64,000 nt of DNA from Cyanobacteria bacterium P01_D01_bin.156 (GTDB taxonomy: Bacteria > Cyanobacteriota > Cyanobacteriia > Phormidesmidales > Phormidesmidaceae): the NCBI GenBank assembly GCA_039024555.1, contig JBCCQQ010000001.1, positions 351,979 to 415,978 of the forward strand, read 5' to 3'. Below, in pieces: positions 43,053 to 54,313 of the stretch. Each line of letters starts with the position of its first letter. Positions within the stretch are counted from its first letter, which is position 1. The position numbers and the translations under genes were made by a program. The notes under the pieces are model-generated. The model was not told the origin of the DNA and ran no database searches. It saw only the letters and a list, made by a program, of their open reading frames with translations.

Positions 43053-43545
43053 TCAACTGATCCATCGGCCAAAATTCGTTTGGCTAGCGGGCTTGATTGC
43101 GCTAGCCGTTGTTATCGGAGCCGGTCTACGGCAGACTGTTCTTCATCAGCGACAGGCTGAAGTGGCTATGCGAGGGGCACAGATCATGCCCTTTGATTTA
43201 GAGACAACAACCCACCACTTTGAGCCATTATCAGATGGAGGGCTGCAAACCGTCATTGCAGATGCCCCCATAGACCCCGAGCAGGTAAAACTTATTCAGA
43301 GCCATCTGGAAGAAGAGGCTGGCAAATTTCAATCCGGTGATTTCTCTGATCCTGCCGCTATTCACGGGGATGCTATGCCCGGACTAAAACAGCTCAGAGC
43401 GGGTTACCGTGCCATGACAGTTGAGTACACAGCGCTGCCAGATGGCGGGCAAATTCGCTACACCGCTCAGCAGCCTATTCTTGTTACAGCAGTGCATGAC
43501 TGGTTTGCAGCACAGCGTTCAGACCATGGTCATCATGCCCAGTAA
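43039..43545 (+). CDS. Exported His-containing hypothetical protein
   Basis: GGAGG RBS, N-terminal TM; MPFDLETTTHHF, IHGDAMPG, DHGHHA. Confidence 0.75.
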   Translation: MKVNNQLIHRPKFVWLAGLIALAVVIGAGLRQTVLHQRQAEVAMRGAQIMPFDLETTTHHFEPLSDGGLQTVIADAPIDPEQVKLIQSHLEEEAGKFQSGDFSDPAAIHGDAMPGLKQLRAGYRAMTVEYTALPDGGQIRYTAQQPILVTAVHDWFAAQRSDHGHHAQ

Positions 43546-43548
43546 AGA

Positions 43549-43581
43549 TTTCATCGTCATTTCACAATTTGTCGCTACCAT
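43549..43581 (+). promoter_or_regulatory. CopR-type box and -10 element upstream of the multicopper oxidase
   Basis: TTTCAT-CGTCA-TTTCAC, 10 nt, TACCAT. Confidence 0.75.
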
Positions 43582-43657
43582 CAAACTCTATTGCAATCAT
43601 TAGCTCCTCTAGTCTCCTGAGAGCTTTTCGGTTCAATCAGTAAGCGTTATTCCGTCC

Positions 43658-45112
43658 ATGAGTTTCCAACAGGTCCCAATTAAGCGCAGGAATTTTCTAA
43701 AACTGAGTGCAGTGACAACAGCATCAGTTATGTTGTCCCAATGCTCCAGGCAAACGTCTTTTGTTGAAGAAGCCTCTTCTAATCTGCTGCTACCAGATGT
43801 AATCAAAAGTGAGAACGGCTTACTTAGCCTGGATTTAGAAGCGAGTGCTCAGTCAGTTTCCTTAAATGGCAAAACCGCTAACCTATTGACCTACAACCAG
43901 CAATCGCCAGGACCTCAGCTGGAGGCGAAGCCAGGTGATACAGTACAAATTCGCTTTACCAATCGACTCAATCAGCCGACTAACCTGCACTTCCACGGGC
44001 TGCACATTTCCCCCACAGGCACCGGAGATAACGTTTTTCTAGAAATCTCTCCTGGCGAAAGCCATACCTACGAGTTTCAAATTCCTGAAGACCATCCAGC
44101 GGGAACGTTTTGGTACCATCCCCACTATCACGGGTTGGTGGCTGAACAATTGTTTGCAGGACTGGCAGGATTGTTTATTGTGCGGGGAGCCTTAGACGAT
44201 ATCCCTGAAGTGAAAGCGGCCAAGGAGACCGCCTTAGTCCTTAAAGATTTAGCCCTAGATCGCCGAGGCAATATTCCTAACCCTGGTCATATGGCTCAAA
44301 TGACCGGACGCATTGGTGATTTGCTACTGGCCAATGGTCAGCTTAATCCAGAAATCAAGGTGGCCCAGGGAGAGTTGCTGCGATTAAGGCTGCTGAATGC
44401 TTCGCCGTCCAGGTTTTTCCAGCTTTCGTTGGAAGCGCATCCACTCTTGTTGATCGCTACAGATGGAGGTGCGATCTCAGCTCCCATAGAATTGGATAAC
44501 TTAGTCCTAGCACCTGGCGAACGAGCTGAAGTTTTGATTCGTTCCACCCAAACATCGGGACAGTACCGTTTACTTAATACTCTCTTCAATCCAGCCCAGG
44601 GAATGATGGGCGGCAGCGGAATGATGGGCGACCCATCAAGGCAAAGACGTACTGAAACAGTTGCAACACTGGCCTACAGTGGGACGACGACAGAAACACC
44701 TTTACCCACTGCATTATTGCCCATAGCGCCCCTCCCCGAACCCCAGAGAGTGAGGCAGTTTACGCTGAATCACGAACACGGCATGGTGTTTTTAATCAAT
44801 GGACAAGCCTTTGACCATAGCCGCGTCGATACCCAAGTGAGCCTCGGTACCGTCGAAGATTGGGAAATCATCAATACCGGGGCCATGGCCCATCCCTTTC
44901 ATGTCCATGTCAACAAATTTCAGGTGATTAGCCGCAACGGGCAAACCGAACCCTACGCGGCCTGGAAAGATGTTGTTTCCATCAACCCTGGTGAACGAGT
45001 ACGCATTCGTATGGCCTTCCAAAACTACACCGGTAGAACCGTTTATCACTGCCATGTACTAGACCATGAGGATCGAGGCATGATGGGAATTCTCGATATT
45101 CAATCGGCTTAG
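43658..45112 (+). CDS. Multicopper oxidase (CueO/SufI family), Tat-exported, probable lipoprotein
   Basis: KRRNFLK...LSQC; LHFHG, WYHPHYH, HPFHVH, HCHVLDHEDRGMM. Confidence 0.95.
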   Translation: MSFQQVPIKRRNFLKLSAVTTASVMLSQCSRQTSFVEEASSNLLLPDVIKSENGLLSLDLEASAQSVSLNGKTANLLTYNQQSPGPQLEAKPGDTVQIRFTNRLNQPTNLHFHGLHISPTGTGDNVFLEISPGESHTYEFQIPEDHPAGTFWYHPHYHGLVAEQLFAGLAGLFIVRGALDDIPEVKAAKETALVLKDLALDRRGNIPNPGHMAQMTGRIGDLLLANGQLNPEIKVAQGELLRLRLLNASPSRFFQLSLEAHPLLLIATDGGAISAPIELDNLVLAPGERAEVLIRSTQTSGQYRLLNTLFNPAQGMMGGSGMMGDPSRQRRTETVATLAYSGTTTETPLPTALLPIAPLPEPQRVRQFTLNHEHGMVFLINGQAFDHSRVDTQVSLGTVEDWEIINTGAMAHPFHVHVNKFQVISRNGQTEPYAAWKDVVSINPGERVRIRMAFQNYTGRTVYHCHVLDHEDRGMMGILDIQSA

Positions 45113-45580
45113 GGCCATAACTATGGCCTAAATTTCGAATCGGCATCCAGTGCCCCTAAGGAAATCCTTGTACTCACTCAATTTGATAGACCTAATGCCT
45201 GCATTTCCACTGCTGCTAACGGGAATTTAACCAAAACCCATAGTTTATCTGCAAAATTTACTAGGCGATGCCTATATTCAGGCAAGATATGACCTAAATG
45301 CCGTGAAGAACAATTGTTCTCTCGCTCTCCGCTTTAATTACTTAAAAGACTGAAAATGATCTTTTCAACATAGGCACCAACCATGCGGCTTGAAAATACC
45401 AGTTTCCCAAATACATCTAGAAACCAAATATAAATTCAGGCTGGAGTTAATCTAACTATTTTTTAGCGATTACTGAAAGGACTGTGAGAAAGGGAACTAA
45501 GAGCTTTGAATGGTGGAACTAAAAACCGATGTCTAAAGCTCAAATTTAGGCTAATTAATTTCAGCAATTACTGAAATAAG

Positions 45581-45654
45581 GGCGAACGAGGGGACTCGAA
45601 CCCCCGAATGGTGGAACCACAATCCACTGCCTTAACCACTTGGCTACGCTCGCC
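45581..45654 (-). tRNA. trnH: tRNA-His(GUG), with encoded G-1; CCA not fully encoded
   Basis: GGCGAGCGTAGCCAAGTGGTTAAGGCAGTGGATTGTGGTTCCACCATTCGGGGGTTCGAGTCCCCTCGTTCGCC cloverleaf, anticodon GTG. Confidence 0.97.
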
Positions 45655-46145
45655 ACGTAACGGCATTCTATCATAGCACCCATGTTGAGCAATTGTATGG
45701 TTTACCATGATATTTATCGCTATGTGGTGGCTGATGGTGTGCTTGGGGATTCCTAAGATGTGCCTGCTTGCCTATGTCCATCTAATAACTGGATAAACAG
45801 CATCAACCACGACAGTTTTTTTTCGCAAGGCCGTAGATATTAGGTTGACTAAGGTGCAAAATATCACCTTTATTTCAAACGTAGCTGGGTTTCAAATTCT
45901 CTAGTTTTGCAATTGTTCAACAAGCCAGCCAATCGGGCGAACAAGTTACTTGAAGGAGATGTCAGAGGTTGGAACCTAGAACTAAGTCCGAGATTTATTG
46001 CTAGCCTAGAAAGCTCACGAGTCGAAAAATATTATTCAGTAGCTTCCAATGTTAGCCATTTTGCGCGTTTTGCCGTCAGGTTGACATTTGTCAAGCGTTT
46101 TTCCTACCCGTTTAGTTTCAGTCTTTTGTTAGAACCTTTAAACTC

Positions 46146-47048
46146 GTGACATCTACAGCTTACCTTCTCATTTCCCACGGTAGTCGAGACCCGCGCCATC
46201 AGATAGCGATGAATCGTTTGGCTCAGCTTGTGCGTGAGCGGCTACAACCTCTGTCTGATTCATGGTCGACAGCACCTTTGGCCCCTACCATGGGAGTTAA
46301 GCCCTACTCCCCGTCCTTAACTCAGCTACCATCCGGTCGCAATAACCGACGACGCGAGCAAGCAGGCGGTGTGATGATAGTTGAGCCCATGGCAGCCCAA
46401 AAAAGTTCTGCCCCTCTCCAGCCATCCTCTCAGAACCATACCTGTATTGTTGGTTCTGCTGCCTTAGAGTTTGGGTTGCTGCCATTACATCAACAAATTA
46501 TTGAATTTGGTCGTCGTCTAACTTCAGCAGGCGTCAAGCGCTTGCAGCTAGTCCCTCTGTTTCTACTGCAGGGGCGTCATGTCATGGACGACATTCCTGA
46601 AGAAGTGGATCTGGCGCGTCGTGAACTAGGGGGGTGTATTGACATTCATGTGGGAGATCACATCGGTGGATATGGGGCCATGCGTGATTTAATTGCTAGT
46701 CGTTTAGCAAGCACACCGAGAAAAGGACGTTTGCTGGTGGCCCATGGCAGTCGTCGTCCTAAAGGCAATCGCTCGGTAGACCAATTGGCAAAATCATTGG
46801 GAACAGCCGTTGCCTACTGGAGCAATATGTCTGAAATTGAAGATCAAACTATTCAGCTAATGCAGCAGGGCTGCTCTACCCTGACAATTTTTCCCTACTT
46901 TTTGTTCGCTGGCGGAATTACAGATGCCGTAGCTCATTTAACGGAAGAGCTGGCTGAGCGTTTTCCTCGAACTAAGTTTCGTCTGCTACCGCCGTTAGGA
47001 GCCACAGTAGATATGGCCGATCTGGTGGTGGATAACCTAAGAAGTTGA
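46146..47048 (+). CDS. Sirohydrochlorin chelatase (CbiX/SirB family, two domains)
   Basis: LISHGSRDP, VPLFLLQGRHVMDDIP, VAHGSRRP, PYFLFAGGIT. Confidence 0.88.
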   Translation: MTSTAYLLISHGSRDPRHQIAMNRLAQLVRERLQPLSDSWSTAPLAPTMGVKPYSPSLTQLPSGRNNRRREQAGGVMIVEPMAAQKSSAPLQPSSQNHTCIVGSAALEFGLLPLHQQIIEFGRRLTSAGVKRLQLVPLFLLQGRHVMDDIPEEVDLARRELGGCIDIHVGDHIGGYGAMRDLIASRLASTPRKGRLLVAHGSRRPKGNRSVDQLAKSLGTAVAYWSNMSEIEDQTIQLMQQGCSTLTIFPYFLFAGGITDAVAHLTEELAERFPRTKFRLLPPLGATVDMADLVVDNLRS

Positions 47049-47324
47049 GACCATTTTCTTCCAAAGATATGGTTGAGGTGTTTCCAGCCAATTGATTACG
47101 TGTTTCAGTTAACAATCACACATTAGCCATAGCTCTGAATCTAGTGCGCAGCAAGCGGCGTTATCAACTAAGGTTAAGGATAAATTAAGCAGTATTAACC
47201 AGATCTGTTAAATAGGTTTTTGTATCCCTGCTGTATTGATTTTGGCAAAATTCTCTGGTGGTGTTTGCCAAAATCGATTTGTCATATTTGATAGACACCT
47301 TCCCCCCATCCCAATGCGAGCAAC

Positions 47325-48131
<807 letters not shown>

Positions 48132-48167
48132 TGGTAAAGCTTAGGGCCACCGGTCACCCTTGGCTAC

Positions 48168-49157
48168 ATGGTTTGGGTTTGTTTGGGTATGGAAGAGCAG
48201 TGGGGCATTATTAACAGCTCTGGTGAGGGCGATACGGTTGAACTTTCAGTAACCGACAACTCCGGTGAACGGATTGATCGATGGCTATCCCAGCATTGTG
48301 AGCTGTCCCGTAATCGAATTCAAAAACTGATTGAGCAGGGTGCCCTTAGTATCAACGATCAACCCTGTACCAATAAAAAGGTGACAGTAAATCAGGGAGA
48401 TTGGCTACAGCTTAGAGTGCCTGCAGTGGAACCCTTTGCCCTGGTTCCTGAAGCGATTCCGTTAGATATTTTGTACGAAGATCGTTATCTGGTAGTGGTC
48501 AATAAACCGGCTGGGATGGTGGTTCACCCGGCACCAGGGCACGCCAAAGGAACATTAGTGAATGCCATTTTAGCCCACTGTGGCGATCAGCTGACGGGTG
48601 TGGGCGGAGTACAGCGTCCTGGTATTGTCCACCGGTTAGATAAGGACACAACAGGAGCCATGGTGGTGGCTAAAACAGAACCTGTATTACATCATTTGCA
48701 GGGTCAGATTCAAGCGAAAACAGCGCAGCGAGAATATTTAGGCGTCGTGTTTGGAGCGCCCAAACTATCAAACGCCTGGGAGACGATTGATGCCCCTATC
48801 GGTCGCCATCCCAAGGAGCGCAAAAAGATGGGTGTGGTTCCTTTAGAAAAGGGAGGCCGTTCAGCGGTGACCCACTGGCACATCCAAGAGCGTTTAGGCA
48901 ACTACACGCTGATGAACTACCGCTTAGCAACTGGACGAACCCATCAAATTCGCGTGCATAGCGCGATGGTGGGGCATCCAATCGTTGGCGATATGACCTA
49001 TGGGGCTGGTCGTTCAGTTGGTGTCAATTTACCGGGGCAAGCGTTACATGCCAGACAGTTAACCCTGACCCATCCCATCACTGAAGAGCAGATCGTTGCG
49101 ATCGCACCACTGCCCACTATTTTTGAGACCTTGCTGCAGCGCTTACGCCAAAGATAG
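48168..49157 (+). CDS. RluA/RluD family pseudouridine synthase
   Basis: S4 domain, NKPAGMVVHP, GIVHRLDKDTTG, TGRTHQIRVH. Confidence 0.93.
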   Translation: MVWVCLGMEEQWGIINSSGEGDTVELSVTDNSGERIDRWLSQHCELSRNRIQKLIEQGALSINDQPCTNKKVTVNQGDWLQLRVPAVEPFALVPEAIPLDILYEDRYLVVVNKPAGMVVHPAPGHAKGTLVNAILAHCGDQLTGVGGVQRPGIVHRLDKDTTGAMVVAKTEPVLHHLQGQIQAKTAQREYLGVVFGAPKLSNAWETIDAPIGRHPKERKKMGVVPLEKGGRSAVTHWHIQERLGNYTLMNYRLATGRTHQIRVHSAMVGHPIVGDMTYGAGRSVGVNLPGQALHARQLTLTHPITEEQIVAIAPLPTIFETLLQRLRQR

Positions 49158-49299
49158 CCTCATATGGCTGCGCCATTTACATCAGGCCACCAAGATAGAT
49201 ATGCAAACAAAAAAGCGGTACCGAAACAGCACCGCCTTGAAAGAGTTATATCAGAGCTAAAGAGTTAAGCTTTCAGCCACACAAGTCAAAACAGGTTGC

Positions 49300-50118
49300 C
49301 TAAGCTTCTTGCTTAACCTTTTCAACTGCCGCTGCAGCAACTGGGTCGTTAACAGGGAAACCAACCTTACGGTAAGGCACACCAGATAGGAAGTTAACGC
49401 CAACAGCAGATACCCGCTGAGAAGGTACGGGCTGGCTGTTGCTTAAGCCACGAGCCATGTCCATATAAAGGGAAGGACTACCCGCTTTGGGCTTTTGCTC
49501 TTGGGGCGTAAACCGACGAATGCTGCTCTGGAATACGGGCTTGGGAAAGCCGAGAACAGAACGATAGTATTCGTCGTAACGGGGAGACTTGATATTGAAA
49601 GGCAGCTCACCCTCATTCCTAGAAGGTAGAACACGACGACGCTGGTAAGGCAAGATATCGTCGCCAAAGTTGTCTAAATACTCGTCGCTATTGAGCAGGT
49701 CATCAACAAACCCCTCAATACCCTTAGTTGCAACAACAATCGACCAAGCTAGAGTTTCTGCTTTGCCAAAGATGTCACGGCCCAAAACGCGCTGAACCGT
49801 CTGCTCCACAAAACGATAGTTACTATTCATCTTGTAGAAGCTGTTGCGATAGGTATTCGACAACAGCAAACCGCGCACAAACTCACGCACAGTAATCTGA
49901 TTGCTGCGCAGCTGAGACTCTAAGAATCTCTCGCGGTCAGCTTTAAAGGCATGGAAAAAGATCTGACGGTAAGCCGCTGCAATCAGATCATCGATATCAG
50001 TCGCAGACAGAATATTCTGAGTTGAATAAATCTTAGGCTGATCATCTCCAGGAATTTCATAGCCCTCAACCCGAGAATTTTGGCTAACCGGTGAGTAGTT
50101 CAGCAGAGGAATCGCCAC
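49300..50118 (-). CDS. cpcG: Phycobilisome rod-core linker CpcG
   Basis: [40 protein letters not shown]. Confidence 0.93.
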   Translation of the reverse strand: MAIPLLNYSPVSQNSRVEGYEIPGDDQPKIYSTQNILSATDIDDLIAAAYRQIFFHAFKADRERFLESQLRSNQITVREFVRGLLLSNTYRNSFYKMNSNYRFVEQTVQRVLGRDIFGKAETLAWSIVVATKGIEGFVDDLLNSDEYLDNFGDDILPYQRRRVLPSRNEGELPFNIKSPRYDEYYRSVLGFPKPVFQSSIRRFTPQEQKPKAGSPSLYMDMARGLSNSQPVPSQRVSAVGVNFLSGVPYRKVGFPVNDPVAAAAVEKVKQEA

Positions 50119-50254
50119 TTGAGAATCTCCAGAATATGAGGAAATTTAACAAACGTTAATCATTACTATAAGGGTTTATGGTGTCATGACCGGTGAGGCC
50201 AAGGAAAATATCACACAGCTTAACATTAAAAAAAAGGCCTGTTTGTCAAGCTAT

Positions 50255-50902
50255 CTATGGGTTTCTAGCGTTCTTACTATTCAAAAATTGCTGCCATTGG
50301 GTAGGAGTATTGCAGTTTTGTAACATATTAAAATCGTTCACATTCAGTGCGGTAACGGTTTCGTGGGCTAACCAGTTTTGAAATGACTGAATGTTTTGCT
50401 GAATAGCTTGGTGCAGGCTGGGTAGACAGCGTTGATGGTAAAACCCGCACAACGGTTCCCATCGATGGCCGCGTTTAGGTAGTGCTGCGATCGCAGGTTG
50501 ATCGATGTCCCTTAGGCTTTCGCACCATTGCTGGAGTGTCTTTGCCTCTAACCCAGGTAGATCACAGGCTAAGACCATCAGCCAGTCGGGAGTATCGCGA
50601 TCTTGCTGCTGCTCATGGGCATGAATCATGGCCCACCCCTGACTCAATGCCATCAATGGCCCCGCTCTCTGAGGTTGTTCCCTCAACAGGACAACGGAGG
50701 TATCTAATAACGGCGCGTAACGCTCTGGCCAGGACGTGAGTATATAAGTGCGGGTAGTACAGGTGTTGGCCACATGACTGATGTGAGCTAGCAAAGGTAT
50801 GGGCTCAGAATTCTTGGCGGGCCAGGGAAGTAAGGCCTTATCTTGTCCCATCCGGCGGCTCTGACCGCCCGCCAATATCAGTGCCGCAAGATTTAACGTC
50901 AC
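50255..50902 (-). CDS. mobA: Molybdenum cofactor guanylyltransferase
   Basis: LILAGGQSRRMGQDKALL, GPL, LACDLP, EPLCGFY, NCNTP. Confidence 0.9.
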   Translation of the reverse strand: MTLNLAALILAGGQSRRMGQDKALLPWPAKNSEPIPLLAHISHVANTCTTRTYILTSWPERYAPLLDTSVVLLREQPQRAGPLMALSQGWAMIHAHEQQQDRDTPDWLMVLACDLPGLEAKTLQQWCESLRDIDQPAIAALPKRGHRWEPLCGFYHQRCLPSLHQAIQQNIQSFQNWLAHETVTALNVNDFNMLQNCNTPTQWQQFLNSKNARNP

Positions 50903-50911
50903 AGGCCAGTA

Positions 50912-51631
50912 CTATCTCTGACGCTGACGTTTTACGGTGGCCCAGCGTTGACCTTTATAAAAATAAAATAAACCTAAAAAGCCCGATAGGAGTGCATAGG
51001 CAGCGCGTAGTCCCCAGCCTGCATGATTGAATAGCCAGTTATATAGACTAAAGGCCAGCCCCCATAGGCCCGTTTGACGTTTGCCAAGTTCGGTCAGCTG
51101 ATTTTGTAAGGAATTGTCTTCACTTAGGGTTTCGACATTCTCCAGGCGAACTGGCGGTTTTGATTGAGTGGCGGTGTACCAATAAAATCCAACGCTGCCA
51201 GATTTAGACGTTTTCTGTTGTAGAAAGGCATCCGTCGCCTGCCGGGCCTGGTCAAAGGATAAATTTGCTTGACTGCCGACTTGTTGTACCCATAGGTTGT
51301 GGCGAATTGGGTAACCAATGATCAAAATCAGCGGAAATGTCAGGCCTAATAAAAGGAAACGCAGGCCCATACCCATATTTGGCGATAGGTAATAGGTGAG
51401 TGAGCCTAGAATTAACCCCAGCAGAGCTAACAAAATCGGGCTGGCAATCTCAACGATTTCTAGGCTGGCTAGCACCCCACCCACAATGGGTAACGAATAT
51501 ACATAAGTGTCAATACTCCAGACCGCTACAAGCTTGCCAGCAATTGCCAATCCACAGGCCAAGATGCCCAAGAGCCAGTAAATTCCAAGCTGCTTTGGAG
51601 TCGATGTTACGTTCATGGGTAACAAAAACAC
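50912..51631 (-). CDS. Hypothetical membrane protein
   Basis: Long ORF with about 4 hydrophobic segments, directly upstream of mobA. Confidence 0.7.
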   Translation of the reverse strand: MFLLPMNVTSTPKQLGIYWLLGILACGLAIAGKLVAVWSIDTYVYSLPIVGGVLASLEIVEIASPILLALLGLILGSLTYYLSPNMGMGLRFLLLGLTFPLILIIGYPIRHNLWVQQVGSQANLSFDQARQATDAFLQQKTSKSGSVGFYWYTATQSKPPVRLENVETLSEDNSLQNQLTELGKRQTGLWGLAFSLYNWLFNHAGWGLRAAYALLSGFLGLFYFYKGQRWATVKRQRQR

Positions 51632-51840
51632 ATGGTCAACGGAAACACAACAGGGAGATGCGCCTTAAATCAGGCTCAAAACCCCTAGACAACGCACATC
51701 TAGTGTTTAACAGCCAAGCACGCACTAACCATACCACTAGGTTGACTTTTCTCCCATGATGGATTTATGACCAAATTTAGATAGTACAATTGAACTGGTT
51801 TTGATCTATTTAAGCTTATTGATATCCACAAAGGAGTCTG

Positions 51841-52317
51841 GTGGAGATGTCTTCTATTCAAACGAGTCAGCTCATTTCGTTGCTGATTAATAATGTTCTG
51901 ATGGTGATTACGGTGGCGTTAGTTGCTTTGGGGGCCTGGTTGCGATGGCGCTGGTTACACACCTCGCCAGTACCTGAGTTCAGAGAGGGACGAGCAAAAC
52001 GTCGCCGTTGTCGCTGGGCCTACATTAGCTTTTTGTTAACGTTGGTGACGTTGTTAGGGATGCTGATCAGCCTATGTGCGTTGTCCCTCAGAGCAATTGT
52101 GGGTTTCAACATGCTGGTGGTTGGAGCAATGTTTTTTTTCTTGGTAGGGGTGTTAGCGCTTGTGGCTGCTATGGGATTGTGTTTCTGGGATATGTGTTTT
52201 GCGATCGCACCTAGCCGAAGAGATCGCCCCCAGGCCCCAGCGGTCTTACTTTCAGGTGCTTCTGTGGTCGGTTTTTCTCCTCGGCGTAGGCGTGGCTCCC
52301 GTCGATCAAGGCGTTGA
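51841..52317 (+). CDS. Hypothetical membrane protein (3 TM, DUF2721-like)
   Basis: AAGGAG RBS, hydrophobic helices, basic C-terminus. Confidence 0.6.
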   Translation: MEMSSIQTSQLISLLINNVLMVITVALVALGAWLRWRWLHTSPVPEFREGRAKRRRCRWAYISFLLTLVTLLGMLISLCALSLRAIVGFNMLVVGAMFFFLVGVLALVAAMGLCFWDMCFAIAPSRRDRPQAPAVLLSGASVVGFSPRRRRGSRRSRR

Positions 52318-52399
52318 GGGCCAAGAAAAAATTAAAAAGGCGCGAGGAACCCTAAAGCCATGTCCTCGCGCCTAAAAGTTATTAGATTTAACTAGCGCA

Positions 52400-54313
52400 C
52401 TAACCCATGCTAGCCAGTTCTCTTTGGCCTAGAGAAAACCGCTGTCGAATTTTCTCAGCCATTTGCGCAGGCGTCAGTCCCAGAGCTGTTTTTGCTTCAT
52501 TGGGTGTGGCATGGTCTACCAGAATATCCGGTACACCTAGGCGAAGTACAGGAACATTAATATCACGATCAAGAAGCGACTCAGCGACTGCTGAACCAAA
52601 ACCGCCCATTAAGCAACCTTCCTCAAGGGTAACGACTCGCTGAATTTTTGCAGCCAGGGGAGCGATCAGCTCTTCATCTAGAGGTTTAACAAAACGGGCA
52701 TTGATGACCGTGGCTTCTACACCATGTTCACTGAGTATTTCAGCAGTTTGCATAGCGGGGTACACCATGGAACCATAGCCTAGCAGTAGCAGGTCGTCTC
52801 CCTGACGTAGCACTTCACCTTTACCGACGGGCAGTGCTTCCCAGCCTTCTTCCATCAAGGGTACGCCATGGCCAGTACCGCGAGGGTAGCGCACGGCAAT
52901 AGGGCCATCGGTATATTCGATACCGGTCACAATCATCCGCTGTAGTTCAGCTTCGTCCTTGGGAGCCATCACAACCATATTGGGGATGGAACGCATGTAG
53001 GAAATATCGTACATCCCTTGGTGGGTAGGACCATCTGCTCCGACGATACCAGCCCGGTCTAGACAGAAAAATACCGGCAAATTTTGGATACAGACATCGT
53101 GGACAATTTGGTCGTAGCCTCGCTGAAGAAACGTGGAATAGATAGCCGCTACTGGGCGCATGCCTTCACAGGCCAGACCCGCTGCCAAGGTCACTGCGTG
53201 CTGTTCTGCAATTCCTACATCAATATATTGTTGGGGTAGCTTAGCTTGCAGTTTGTCTAGCCCCGTACCCGTCGCCATAGCCGCCGTAATACCAACAATT
53301 TTGGGATTATCCTCGGCTAATTTGATCAGGGTTTCAGCAAATACTTTGGAATATTTGGGGGGTGTTGGCTTTTTGGATGGATATCCCTTGCCAGTGGATA
53401 GGTTAAAGGGGGATTGGGCGTGGTAGCCCACCTGATCGTTTTCCGCGATTTCATACCCTTTACCTTTTACGGTTACGGCATGAACCAAAACTGGGCCACC
53501 CTTAGCATGGGCTTCTTTAAATGTGTTGATTAATTCCCCCAGATTATGACCATCAACAGGCCCCATATAGGTAAAGCCAAGTTCTTCGAAGACCGCACCC
53601 ACTTTGGACATGGCTAAACGCTTCATGCCTTCTTTCATGCGGTCGAGCTCGGGTGAGAAGGAATCTCCTACAAATGGAATTTGTTTTAGCTGTTCCTCAA
53701 TGTTGTCGCTGAGAAACTGCATCGGTGGGCTCAGTCGAATTTTATTAAGGTAGCGAGGGATGGCACCAACGTTTGGAGATATGGACATTTCATTATCGTT
53801 AAGCACCACTACCAAGTTGGTATTGGGGAGGTGCCCAGCGTGGTTAATCGCTTCTAACGCCATTCCCCCAGTCAACGCCCCATCACCGATGATGGCCGCA
53901 ACCTTGTAGTCATCTCCTTGCATGTCCCGGGCGATGGCCATCCCCAAAGCGGCAGAAATACTGGTAGACGCATGACCCGCACCAAAGTGATCAAATGCAC
54001 TTTCACAGCGCTTAAGGTATCCAGCCACACCATCTTTTTGCCGCAGGGAAGAAAAATCTTGATAGCGGCCCGTGATTAACTTGTGGGGATAAGCCTGATG
54101 GCCTACATCCCAAACAACTTTGTCACGATCTAAATCCAGGGTCTGATATAAACCCAGGGTCAATTCAACCACACCTAAACCGGGTCCCAAATGCCCGCCA
54201 CTGGTGGATACTGTTTCTAAATGCTTTTCGCGAATTTGCTGGGCAATGGCTTCTAATTGTTTTATAGACAAGCCATGCAACTGGTTAGGATGGGTGATTT
54301 CACTCAGATGCAT
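52400..54313 (-). CDS. dxs: 1-deoxy-D-xylulose-5-phosphate synthase (true start MHLSEI at 54313)
   Basis: [49 protein letters not shown]. Confidence 0.97.
   Translation of the reverse strand: MHLSEITHPNQLHGLSIKQLEAIAQQIREKHLETVSTSGGHLGPGLGVVELTLGLYQTLDLDRDKVVWDVGHQAYPHKLITGRYQDFSSLRQKDGVAGYLKRCESAFDHFGAGHASTSISAALGMAIARDMQGDDYKVAAIIGDGALTGGMALEAINHAGHLPNTNLVVVLNDNEMSISPNVGAIPRYLNKIRLSPPMQFLSDNIEEQLKQIPFVGDSFSPELDRMKEGMKRLAMSKVGAVFEELGFTYMGPVDGHNLGELINTFKEAHAKGGPVLVHAVTVKGKGYEIAENDQVGYHAQSPFNLSTGKGYPSKKPTPPKYSKVFAETLIKLAEDNPKIVGITAAMATGTGLDKLQAKLPQQYIDVGIAEQHAVTLAAGLACEGMRPVAAIYSTFLQRGYDQIVHDVCIQNLPVFFCLDRAGIVGADGPTHQGMYDISYMRSIPNMVVMAPKDEAELQRMIVTGIEYTDGPIAVRYPRGTGHGVPLMEEGWEALPVGKGEVLRQGDDLLLLGYGSMVYPAMQTAEILSEHGVEATVINARFVKPLDEELIAPLAAKIQRVVTLEEGCLMGGFGSAVAESLLDRDINVPVLRLGVPDILVDHATPNEAKTALGLTPAQMAEKIRQRFSLGQRELASMG

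Larger units (their letters stand above)
28607..45622. mobile_element. ~17 kb integrative genomic island inserted in tRNA-His, with metal (copper) resistance cargo
   Basis: 45-bp perfect direct repeat of the tRNA-His 3' half at both ends; tyrosine integrase next to the left repeat. Confidence 0.93.

Noticed and set aside
45113..45480. Possible decayed gene between the oxidase and tRNA
   Set aside because: Minus-strand hand translation gave only short stop-interrupted frames with no recognisable homology, and the ORF track lists nothing here.
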